A stretch of DNA of 64,000 nt from an uncultured virus (IMG/VR IMGVR_UViG_3300010348_001898) (lineage: Duplodnaviria; Heunggongvirae; Uroviricota; Caudoviricetes): positions 1 through 64,000 of the IMG/VR virus record IMGVR_UViG_3300010348_001898, one strand, 5' to 3'. Positions within the stretch are counted from its first letter, which is position 1, and the number at the start of each line of letters is the position of its first letter. The notes under the pieces were generated by a model. That model was not told the origin of the DNA and ran no database searches. It worked only from the letters and a program-made list of their open reading frames with translations. A program made the position numbers and the translations under genes. Of this stretch, positions 55,671-64,000 are shown one piece after another.

Positions 55671-57442
55671 AAAATTTGAAATATATAAAATTATTTGAAG
55701 CTTTTGATGCTTCGATTGTTAATAAAGTATTAGGATATATATCGTCTAAAGATAAAAAAATATTTTTAGATAAAATAAAAAGTATATGTAAAACATTTGA
55801 TGTTCCTGAATCAAAATTATCTGATGATCTTTTTAGATATTTACCTTATAATGCTGCTATATCCTATAACGGTGAAGCAGTTGCTGATGTTCCATGTGAT
55901 GCTGTTGGTGAGTTTATTACTGGTGAGAGATGTAAAGATGGTAAAGTTAAAAGACCTTGGGGTAAAGGATTTAGATATGTTGATTGTTCTGCTTGTAATG
56001 GTACAGGTATTAAAAAACAAAAGTCAAATTTAAGATTATTAAAATTTTGGTTTGATAAAGATGGTAAATTTATAGCAACAACTGCGGTTGATGGTGTTTA
56101 TCGTCAGAATAATGCAGGTTCTTCTGCTGGTGCTGCTACGGTTGCATTTTCTCCTAATATTGATGATTATGAAGTAGTAAAAAGAATTCCTAAATCACAA
56201 ATAGGTAGCTTAAATATAGGTGATATTATTGCAGTAGATTTAATTAATGGATGGAATAATAGAACATGGTCACAAATTGTTAGTTATGTTATGAAGGTTT
56301 CCACTTGGGCAGGACAAAAAACTTTTGCTTTACAAAATACTGCAAGTTATTATAATAATTATCCTAGAGATACTTATGGTTGGGGTTCAATAGCTAGTGG
56401 ATATTGGCAGATGAGTCACTCAAAGGTAGCAAATATTAGTTTATTAAAACCTAAAGCTGGTGCTACAAGAAGAAGAAAAGATCCTCTTGGATATAATACA
56501 AGATTTGACTTTGATAGATTTGTTACTATGCCATCATCTATTTTATCTTCTGTTAAAGATGCTAATTTTGCTATTATTTTTGATTATGCTAAGTTTATTA
56601 GTTTAGTGAATAGTAATAGCTATAAGTTAAAAGGTGATATAAAAGATGAAAGAACAGAAGCTAAGAAAGATACTTTAGCTTTTATGAAAGATGTAGATAT
56701 TAAGAAAGCAAATATCGAAAGATATATGAAGTTAATAGCGGATAGAATGAAGATTCAAAATATATCCGATATATCTAATTTGACAAAATTATCTACTAAA
56801 CTTATTTGTGGTGATTTTGCTGCTTATCGATTAAATTATAATACAAGTGCTGCTATTGATAGACTTAATACAATATCTTCTTATTTGTTTAAGGTGATAA
56901 AAATGTATAAGAAGGGAGAAAGAGCTAATAATTTAGAAGAAGTTATGGTTAGCTATGATTTCAAAAATAGTATAGAAAGAGTTAACTATGAAATTTCTGA
57001 GGGACTAAAGATTGCAAGTAGTGCTAGAACCTTCTATATTGATAGATTAGATAGAGTTAGAGAGTATATTAATAGTGAAGATGATGAAGAACTTAAAACT
57101 AAAGCTCTTAAGGTTTTAAGTAATATTGATAGACTTTCTAAAGAGATTAATAGCTATATTAGTATCTTTGAAGTAAGAAATTTAGAAGATGTTGAGTTAT
57201 TATATCAAGAATTATCAATGGTTTTTGATTTACTTAGATCAGAGCGTGTTGGCTTAAGAACTCTTGATGGATTCTTTGATAGAATGAGACCACAAAGCTC
57301 TTATAATGAACCTAATTATATTTGGGTAAGATTAAAAGAGAAGCGTGACTACTATGGTAATATTAATAACAACATTAATTATTTAATTAATATTTTAAGA
57401 AAAAAACAATCTTTAGCAACAAGAGAGTTTGATGAAGAATAA
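55667..57442 (+). CDS. hypothetical protein with leader motif and DnaJ-type zinc finger
   Basis: MKNLKYIKLFEAF; PCDA...RCKDG...CSACNGTG. Confidence 0.75.
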   Translation: MKNLKYIKLFEAFDASIVNKVLGYISSKDKKIFLDKIKSICKTFDVPESKLSDDLFRYLPYNAAISYNGEAVADVPCDAVGEFITGERCKDGKVKRPWGKGFRYVDCSACNGTGIKKQKSNLRLLKFWFDKDGKFIATTAVDGVYRQNNAGSSAGAATVAFSPNIDDYEVVKRIPKSQIGSLNIGDIIAVDLINGWNNRTWSQIVSYVMKVSTWAGQKTFALQNTASYYNNYPRDTYGWGSIASGYWQMSHSKVANISLLKPKAGATRRRKDPLGYNTRFDFDRFVTMPSSILSSVKDANFAIIFDYAKFISLVNSNSYKLKGDIKDERTEAKKDTLAFMKDVDIKKANIERYMKLIADRMKIQNISDISNLTKLSTKLICGDFAAYRLNYNTSAAIDRLNTISSYLFKVIKMYKKGERANNLEEVMVSYDFKNSIERVNYEISEGLKIASSARTFYIDRLDRVREYINSEDDEELKTKALKVLSNIDRLSKEINSYISIFEVRNLEDVELLYQELSMVFDLLRSERVGLRTLDGFFDRMRPQSSYNEPNYIWVRLKEKRDYYGNINNNINYLINILRKKQSLATREFDEE

Positions 57443-57447
57443 AATAG

Positions 57448-57474
57448 AAAATCTTATCTTTTTGATAAGATTTT
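57448..57474. terminator. intrinsic terminator
   Basis: AAAATCTTATC-TTTTT-GATAAGATTTT. Confidence 0.7.
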
Positions 57475-57489
57475 TTTATATATAGTAAT

Positions 57490-58101
57490 ATGAGATATAT
57501 TAGAGAATACAATACTTTCGGTTCAACTTTAATAATAGTTGACGTACAAAAATCATTCAAAAAGTTTTTTACTGTTATGTACTTAAATGAATTAAATAAG
57601 TATTGTAAACAGTTCTCAGAAGTTTATCAAATATGGGATAACCACGTGGATGGTAAAAATGTAGATAAAGATTACTTATATGATGACAATCCTGATATTC
57701 CAGTACATAATGATTTATATAGATTTCCTAATCAAAAAGACTTAATAGAAAAAAGATATAATTATGATGTAGATGTTGATTTCTATAAAAAAATTCTATC
57801 AAAAGAAGTTTATCAAGACGCAAAATCTAAAGAAGAAATTAATCAATTAAAAAGAGGTGACTTCTTTGAAACAAAAGAAGGAACTTACATTATCTATATT
57901 GGTAATAATCATAAATGGTATCATTTACCAAAAAAGCTTTATGATTTATTCCAAAGACTAAGAGGTAAAGAAGTTACAATGGTTGGTGGTTCTGATTCAG
58001 AATGTTTCTTAGATGTTGAAACCGCTGCTAAAGTATTTGGTGTAAATGTTAAAAGAAACTTCAAGTTTATATACAGTGCTAATCACTGTCCTATAAAGTA
58101 G
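57490..58101 (+). CDS. isochorismatase/nicotinamidase-like cysteine hydrolase
   Basis: LIIVDVQ, IEKRY, VGGSDSEC (Asp-Lys-Cys triad). Confidence 0.7.
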   Translation: MRYIREYNTFGSTLIIVDVQKSFKKFFTVMYLNELNKYCKQFSEVYQIWDNHVDGKNVDKDYLYDDNPDIPVHNDLYRFPNQKDLIEKRYNYDVDVDFYKKILSKEVYQDAKSKEEINQLKRGDFFETKEGTYIIYIGNNHKWYHLPKKLYDLFQRLRGKEVTMVGGSDSECFLDVETAAKVFGVNVKRNFKFIYSANHCPIK

Positions 58102-59149
58102 CTGTATCTGATATAAACTTATAAAGTTTTTTCAAGTATTCTCTTCTCTTAAAGTTTTTATCAGTCATTAAAGTAGCAACATAGCAAAAATAGTAAAGTT
58201 TATCTATCAAAACATCTTTTGGTATATCACCACCCGGATATCTAAACTCTACATAATTATATCCACTAATTCTGGTTACATTGAATCCAAAATTTTTATA
58301 CCCAAACTCATTCATTAGTTTCAATACATAGTTGCTTAATTCATCTTCAGTAGATTTTATATCAGAGAAGCTGGTTGCTTTCATTATTTTGCTTGAGTCT
58401 AACTCTTTTTTAAGTACTGGTAGTATTGATTTTGTATAAAATGACTTTTGTCTCCATTTCATATTCTTAAATGTGAAAGCAGTTTCACCATAGTCTGAAA
58501 TCATTAAGATTCCTTTAATTATATTCCAATCTACTTTCTTTGTGAATCCAATATTGATATGAATACCAGTTCTTTCATTCATAAACCAATATTTTTGATT
58601 ATTGTAATCTTTGTAGAAATCTTCAATTAGTTCGATAGTATCTTCTATACCAACTAAGTAAGTATTCATAGAGAATTCAATACCTCTTTTTAATGTATTG
58701 TCTAACTCAAATTTTATTTCAGAGTTCCATTTTTTGTAAAAGTTAGGAAGATTTATCTTAAAGTTTTCAATTAAGTAATCGATATTATCTGAGATCATAT
58801 AAGTCATATAATCTGCTTGTAAAACTTGTATAAGTTTATTAGCAAAGCCAGTTGGATATTCATCTAAATATTCCTCAAATAGATCAATATTTTCATCAAC
58901 ATCTTCAAAATCTAAAGTATCAATTATTTCATCTACAAGATAAAACATATTCTTGTTTGACTTACCTTCATCTTTAATATACTGATAAGCATTACCCTTT
59001 GCGATTTCAATAAATTTTGCAGGAGAAACTGAATCATCGCTACTTTCCATGTCATCAGTTTCAAGCTCAAATTCTAAAGCTATTGTAAAGTCATTAGAAT
59101 GTAACTTAATATAATCTTTATCTTTATTATTAAACTCTAATAGTAACAT
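58091..59149 (-). CDS. putative amidoligase (COOH-NH2 ligase family)
   Basis: ALEFELE, GIEFS, TGIHINIG, YVEFRYPGG. Confidence 0.75.
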   Translation of the reverse strand: MLLLEFNNKDKDYIKLHSNDFTIALEFELETDDMESSDDSVSPAKFIEIAKGNAYQYIKDEGKSNKNMFYLVDEIIDTLDFEDVDENIDLFEEYLDEYPTGFANKLIQVLQADYMTYMISDNIDYLIENFKINLPNFYKKWNSEIKFELDNTLKRGIEFSMNTYLVGIEDTIELIEDFYKDYNNQKYWFMNERTGIHINIGFTKKVDWNIIKGILMISDYGETAFTFKNMKWRQKSFYTKSILPVLKKELDSSKIMKATSFSDIKSTEDELSNYVLKLMNEFGYKNFGFNVTRISGYNYVEFRYPGGDIPKDVLIDKLYYFCYVATLMTDKNFKRREYLKKLYKFISDTATL

Positions 59150-59523
59150 TATGATACAGTTGCATAAATTTGATAGTCAGCTACTTCAAAGTTGATGACC
59201 ATATACTCTTGGTATCTTTCAGGATCTTCAAAAAACTCAACAGAGAGCTGATAAGGCACAGAATCAACTTCAGGTATATAATCTGCTATCTGAGCCATTA
59301 TCTCACCTTCTATCGCTTCTGATGATAGTCTTGTTTCATATAATAGCTCTGTTAGATTTGCTCCTAAGTTTGGTTCTGATAGAACTTCTCCTTTATTAGT
59401 AAATATGATCATTTCATATTTTTGTATAATAACTCTAATGACATCATCTTCGATAAGTTCTAACTCACGAAACATTGGATGTCCAGGATAACAAATATAA
59501 AAATCTATAAAATTGTAATTCAT
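59149..59523 (-). CDS. baseplate wedge / sheath initiator (gp25-like)
   Basis: IFTNKGE..EPNLGANLTELLYE...IADYIP. Confidence 0.85.
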   Translation of the reverse strand: MNYNFIDFYICYPGHPMFRELELIEDDVIRVIIQKYEMIIFTNKGEVLSEPNLGANLTELLYETRLSSEAIEGEIMAQIADYIPEVDSVPYQLSVEFFEDPERYQEYMVINFEVADYQIYATVS

Positions 59524-59543
59524 GTAGATATATATATAAATTT

Positions 59544-60251
59544 TTATCCAATATATCTATTACCTTTTGATAAATTTTCATTTGCCCATAGTGGTTGAAA
59601 GTTTGTATGATGATTTAGCTTATAGATCTCTTCAACATTTTTAGCATAGCTTATTGGTATTATATGATCTAAGTGCCAAAGACCATGATTAGATAATGTC
59701 ATTCCCTCTTGAAGTTTTGATTCTATATAATTTCTAAATTCATCCAAAGAGCAACCTAATATTTCTTCTGTCTTTTTATCTTTAGAATTTTTCAGTGACT
59801 GAGATATTCTTTTTCTTATACTTGATGTTAGTTTATATAAAGGATTATTATTTATTCTATCTTTTTCATAATCATTTCTACAACCATTACAATGTGAATT
59901 TAATTTATCTGGCTTTGAATTATCTTTACCAAAATTTTTCATATCCTTTATCTCTACACACTTTGTGCATAATTTTTCATTTTCTTTTAGATGTTCTCTA
60001 ATTATAGAATATTTTAGTATTTTACCATCTAAATTTCTATTACTTTGTTGGTATAATTTCATTTTTTGCAATCTTTCATATCTATTTTTATAATGATTTT
60101 CTAATGACTTTTTATTTCTTATATCTCTATTTTTTGCGTGATCTATCTTTCTACATTCTTTACACTCTGATCTGAGCTCATCTTTAGAAGCACTTCTTTT
60201 CCCAAAATAGAAACTTTCTTTTTCAACTTTACATATGCAGCAAGTTTTCAT
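59544..60251 (-). CDS. HNH homing endonuclease
   Basis: Two CxxC...CxxC repeats; WHLDHIIP...HHTNFQPLWANENLSKG; paralog of 51675..52262. Confidence 0.88.
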   Translation of the reverse strand: MKTCCICKVEKESFYFGKRSASKDELRSECKECRKIDHAKNRDIRNKKSLENHYKNRYERLQKMKLYQQSNRNLDGKILKYSIIREHLKENEKLCTKCVEIKDMKNFGKDNSKPDKLNSHCNGCRNDYEKDRINNNPLYKLTSSIRKRISQSLKNSKDKKTEEILGCSLDEFRNYIESKLQEGMTLSNHGLWHLDHIIPISYAKNVEEIYKLNHHTNFQPLWANENLSKGNRYIG

Positions 60252-60328
60252 ATCTATTTTTATTTTTATTTATATATTAAAAAATAAAAATCAATTTCTT
60301 CAATAGAATACTCAATTAAAATTAATAT

Positions 60329-61291
60329 TTACAAAAATAATTTTTTTAGTTTTCCCAATAAAGATATGCCAGATATAATTGGATCTGTTGCAGATTTTAG
60401 TATTAAATCATACTCACATACAAGATTTGATACCTCAAATAGTTTATTCACACTTTCTCTTTTCTCTTTTATACACCAATCTATAAATTGTCTTCCTAAT
60501 AGATTTATCATAACATCTATTTTATCCGCACCAAAGTTATTCATCAAAAAGTGATAAGTTTGTTCAAAATCATTTTCTTGATATAGAAAGTTATATAAGT
60601 CAAGTTTTACTTTATTTGAGATTGTATTATCTGAACTACCGATAGAACCAGTTTCTAAATAGCTCTGAACTTCAACTAAAGTTGCTCTAAAATCAGGAAA
60701 TTTTTTAGTTATTATAGAAACTAAGTCTGTTTTTGGAATCTCTTTATTCTCTGCTACTAAAATATTATTATTAATTCTTTTATAAATTTCTTGTTTTAAG
60801 AATCTTTCTTCGTCAGAAGATTGACAATCAAAATTAATAGTTTTAATTCTTGATTTAAGTCCATCTGTAATCTTATTGATATGGTTTGTAGTGATAATAA
60901 ATCTTACTTTGTTATTATATCTTTCAATAAAAGCTTTGAATGCATCTTGGAAGTTTATAGACACTCTTTCAAACTCATCTAAGAAAACAAACTTAATATC
61001 AGAATCAGTATCCATCATTGGTGTAAACTTACAGAAGTCATCAATTTCATTTCTTAAAATTTCAATAGAGGTGTCCATAGAACAGTTAAGTTCTAAGAAA
61101 GGTGTTTCTTTATGATATTTACCGACTAAAATTCTTGCTAAACTGGTTTTACCTGTTCCATAGTGACCATAGAATATATAGTGTTGATTTACACCACTCT
61201 CAAATTCTTTTCTGATCCTTGGTAAAAGTATTATATCTTCGTAGTTTTTGGGTCTCCATTTCTCCCATAATAATAATTTATTTACTGACAT
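60329..61291 (-). CDS. sliding clamp loader large subunit (RFC / T4 gp44-like)
   Basis: WEKWRP, Walker A GHYGTGKTS, Walker B FLDEFE, FIITTN, LKSR, FPDFR. Confidence 0.92.
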   Translation of the reverse strand: MSVNKLLLWEKWRPKNYEDIILLPRIRKEFESGVNQHYIFYGHYGTGKTSLARILVGKYHKETPFLELNCSMDTSIEILRNEIDDFCKFTPMMDTDSDIKFVFLDEFERVSINFQDAFKAFIERYNNKVRFIITTNHINKITDGLKSRIKTINFDCQSSDEERFLKQEIYKRINNNILVAENKEIPKTDLVSIITKKFPDFRATLVEVQSYLETGSIGSSDNTISNKVKLDLYNFLYQENDFEQTYHFLMNNFGADKIDVMINLLGRQFIDWCIKEKRESVNKLFEVSNLVCEYDLILKSATDPIISGISLLGKLKKLFL

Positions 61292-61338
61292 ATTTATCTC
61301 ATTTTCTTAATGAGTATATCTAAAATTATCAAAAAAGT

Positions 61339-61893
61339 TTATATTTCTGGATAACCAACCAAGTATTCTTCTTCTGTTGTTTCACCATCTGCTAAAGTTC
61401 TTGTGTAAATACCATCACCTAACCAATTTATCTTAGAGTTTGGAAAAATTTTCTTAACAACATTATATTCGTTTCTTTTACATCCTGTGCTTATCAAAAG
61501 TTCTGCAGGTCTTCCAGACACTTCTATCCAGAATCCTTTTTTATGTAAAAGATTTGATAGTTGCCTCATTAGCTCTTTTCTTGCTTCTTTTGAGCCATCG
61601 TGACCCCATCCTGATATTTTATGACCGTGTGATTTTCTTGAGAATATAACAACATCTGCATTAGGATCTCTATCTATATCAACTGCAGTCCAGAAAGTTA
61701 AATCTGGATCATTTACAACAGCATCTGGTGATGATATTCTAACGTGACCACCAAGAGGTTTATAAGCCAAATCTACAATCTCCCATATTTCTTTTTTTAG
61801 CTTAGCCCTATCTTCTATAGAAAGCTCAACCCATTGATTTTTATCGAATAGATCAGAGAATGTAAAATCTTCAAATATTTTTAAGTATTTCAT
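61339..61893 (-). CDS. hypothetical protein with capsid-targeting-like leader
   Basis: Starts MKYLKIFEDF. Confidence 0.78.
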   Translation of the reverse strand: MKYLKIFEDFTFSDLFDKNQWVELSIEDRAKLKKEIWEIVDLAYKPLGGHVRISSPDAVVNDPDLTFWTAVDIDRDPNADVVIFSRKSHGHKISGWGHDGSKEARKELMRQLSNLLHKKGFWIEVSGRPAELLISTGCKRNEYNVVKKIFPNSKINWLGDGIYTRTLADGETTEEEYLVGYPEI

Positions 61894-61940
61894 ATTTCTA
61901 TATATTAAATAGAGAGATTTGTTTTTTAATATATAAATCT

Positions 61941-62819
61941 ATGATTGGAGATAGATTTAATTTTGAAGACGTATTTTTTAGGGATTTAACAATTTGTGTT
62001 TTAGATACTTTAGAAGGTCAAGTAAAATGGGTAAATAGATTTTCTTCTGGTGATAAATTCGTAGAAGTTCCTTTTTATTACTCAATGACAGGAGATGAAA
62101 GGTTTTTATTAGATTCTTTTACCGATGATATAGTATCTGGTGATTCTTCTGGAAATGGTAGATATGTCGAATTAAATACTGATATTATTCCACGAGGTCA
62201 CGTTACCTTAAAATCTTTTGCTATACGTTCTGATGAATTTGCTAATCCTAATGTTTGGTTAAGAACAGTTGTAGAAAACGAAACAGAAATCAGAAAAGTT
62301 TTAGGAAGAATTAGAGCTATTCCAGTAACAGTTAGTTATGATTTAGTTATTACACTTGCTAGTGAAATTGATTCTTTTAAGTGTAGTCAAGCAGTTATGG
62401 ATACCCTTTGGCTTTATAAGTTTATGTATTTTGAGCATAACTTTATGAATATAGATGCTGTCATTTTAATGCCAGATTCAAATAATATAGAAATTACTAG
62501 AGATAAAAATTTAACATCTGATAATACTATTAAGATGACTGTTTCCTTTGAAGTTCAAACATATTATCCTGCATTTAGAAAGGATAGAGCTGATTTCCCT
62601 GGTTATACAAAAGAGAATTCTGGTATGTCCGATTTGAATGGGTATGCACTTGAGGGTGGTTATTCAGACTTTTTCAGTCAACCAGGTGTTAGTAATGAAG
62701 GCTTCTTTGTTACTCCTAAGAGAACTAAGTGGTTTAATAACATTTTAAGAGCAAGAGAAAGAAGCTCAAGGAGATATGATAATCCTAATGGAGACTTAGG
62801 AAATAAAAATAATGATTAA
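61941..62819 (+). CDS. tail terminator / sheath stabiliser (T4 gp15-like)
   Basis: FFRDLT, VEVPFYY..ERFL, IPRG, IPVTVSYDL, SFEVQTYYP. Confidence 0.7.
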   Translation: MIGDRFNFEDVFFRDLTICVLDTLEGQVKWVNRFSSGDKFVEVPFYYSMTGDERFLLDSFTDDIVSGDSSGNGRYVELNTDIIPRGHVTLKSFAIRSDEFANPNVWLRTVVENETEIRKVLGRIRAIPVTVSYDLVITLASEIDSFKCSQAVMDTLWLYKFMYFEHNFMNIDAVILMPDSNNIEITRDKNLTSDNTIKMTVSFEVQTYYPAFRKDRADFPGYTKENSGMSDLNGYALEGGYSDFFSQPGVSNEGFFVTPKRTKWFNNILRARERSSRRYDNPNGDLGNKNND

Positions 62820-62830
62820 TATAAAAAAAG

Positions 62831-62861
62831 GAAAAAAATGACTTTTTTTGCTTAATATATA
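62831..62861 (+). promoter_or_regulatory. putative late promoter GAAAAAAATGA-N12-AATATATA
   Basis: Exact motif upstream of the ATG at 62892. Confidence 0.6.
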
Positions 62862-62891
62862 GTTTATATAAAAAATAATAATATAGAAATT

Positions 62892-64000
62892 ATGAAGAAT
62901 CTTAAACTTGAATTGTTTAACTTCAAAAAGGATCTTTCTTTTGAGCAAGAAGAAATATCTGTAATTATAGAAGGTCACTTAAACGCTACTAATCAGTATA
63001 GCGAAAAAACTATAATTACATCTCTTAACGAGAAGTTAAAACCTTATACTTACGATAAAAGTGTTAAAAGTTTATTGGAGGACCTTAACAATGACATGGC
63101 TCAATTTGAATTATTATATGAATTAAAGAATTTATATGGTGTTCTTAATACTAAGAATCAAGGTGAATTGTACAGACAACCAATAAATGTTTTACTACAA
63201 ACTATCAATCTTGAGACTGATCAAGATAGAATGTCAAAAATTCTTAATGAATTAGCAGTTTATGACTGGGTTCCAGAAATTAAAGTGTTTGTTCACAATT
63301 TAACGAAATCTCCAGAGAAAAGATCAAATCTTTTAAGTGGTGGTTCTGCAGAGTCTATATTTACTGTTGTTGAGCAAGTTGAAGAAGGACACATTGCTTT
63401 AGTAAAAGATTCTTGGTTTTTATTAACAGAAAACTCAATTGAGAAAACTTTACTTGAGAATCATGTTAAAGATGCACAAGCTTTACAAAGTTTAAGATTA
63501 TTAGAGACAGCTATGAAATATTCTTCTGTATCAGAAGATAGAATCAATTTCAGAATTTCTGAATATTTAACAATTGGTTTATCTGTTGGTAATAAAGGTG
63601 GTCTATACATCAATGATGACGAATTAAATTCTGAAACTACATTAGAAAGTTTATTTAACTCTCCTATTGTTCCAATTGTAAATAAAAACTTTTATCCAAT
63701 TTTATTAGAAACTTCTAAAAACTTAGATAAGTTTGTTGAGTTAGATGTTGTTAAAAGAGTTAATAACTTAGTTAACCCATATTTAGAATTATTTGCTTTC
63801 AATTATAAAAATAACACTTTTGTTTACAGATGTGATGAAAGATATGGTAACTCATTCTTCAAATACGAGTCTGCTTTAGAATTAGTAAATGAAGTAAGAA
63901 ATGAATTAAACTATGATTTAACTTATTTCTTTGAAAATAAATTAAATAAAGAATTAGTTGTTAAAAGAAAACTTGAAGATAAAGAAAGAGAAATTACTCT
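62892..64000 (+). CDS. 3'-truncated large protein, possible prohead core/scaffold protein
   Basis: Manual ORF MKNLKLELFNFKKDLSFEQEE... open to the window edge; many L-x-E sites (SLNE, LLED, LLEN, LLET). Confidence 0.6.
   Translation, partial: MKNLKLELFNFKKDLSFEQEEISVIIEGHLNATNQYSEKTIITSLNEKLKPYTYDKSVKSLLEDLNNDMAQFELLYELKNLYGVLNTKNQGELYRQPINVLLQTINLETDQDRMSKILNELAVYDWVPEIKVFVHNLTKSPEKRSNLLSGGSAESIFTVVEQVEEGHIALVKDSWFLLTENSIEKTLLENHVKDAQALQSLRLLETAMKYSSVSEDRINFRISEYLTIGLSVGNKGGLYINDDELNSETTLESLFNSPIVPIVNKNFYPILLETSKNLDKFVELDVVKRVNNLVNPYLELFAFNYKNNTFVYRCDERYGNSFFKYESALELVNEVRNELNYDLTYFFENKLNKELVVKRKLEDKEREIT

Noticed and set aside
324..62978. Other short antisense or nested track ORFs (e.g. 324..506, 8266..8490, 9115..9333, 12739..12921, 17498..17824, 19475..19759, 55797..56033, 62796..62978)
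   Set aside because: Nested in or antisense to well-supported genes, with no recognisable motifs
1..64000. Stop-codon reassignment (TAG or TGA recoding), as in some large phages
   Set aside because: Conserved genes are full length in the standard code, coding density is high, and TAG and TGA both end real genes
1..64000. tRNA, rRNA or other structured RNA genes
   Set aside because: Intergenic gaps are short and AT-rich, and no cloverleaf or T-loop signature was seen by eye; a covariance-model scan was not run

Overview
AT-rich (roughly 25% GC by eye), gene-dense segment of a large T4-superfamily-like myophage (jumbo-phage style, with structural genes scattered on both strands). The host is probably Bacteroidota/Flavobacteriia: TAnnTTTG promoter boxes, A-rich leaders without Shine-Dalgarno sites, DUF6576-like modules and an apparent captured host U32-peptidase fragment. 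Recognisable genes: topoisomerase II A-like subunit, nucleotidyltransferase, HAD phosphatase, ClpS, terminase small and large subunits, tail sheath, tail tube, baseplate proteins, tape-measure-like protein, Mre11/gp47 nuclease, glycosyltransferase, thymidylate synthase, clamp loader, tail terminator and five free-standing homing-endonuclease-like genes. Highlights: (1) TerL is fractured into two genes by an atypically split intein in the Walker A motif, with a Vsr-like endonuclease gene between the halves; (2) about 16 unrelated proteins share an N-terminal MKY(I/L)KxFExF-like leader resembling a capsid-targeting signal; (3) small ORFs look like fragments of capsid or tail-tube proteins, mostly joined to an R-x-x-x-(I/L)-x-x-(L/I) tag; (4) a bipartite TGA-N12-AATATATA promoter precedes major structural genes; (5) an 18-bp inverted repeat spans the divergent terS/terL starts. 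All family calls come from motif recognition by eye; no database searches were run.
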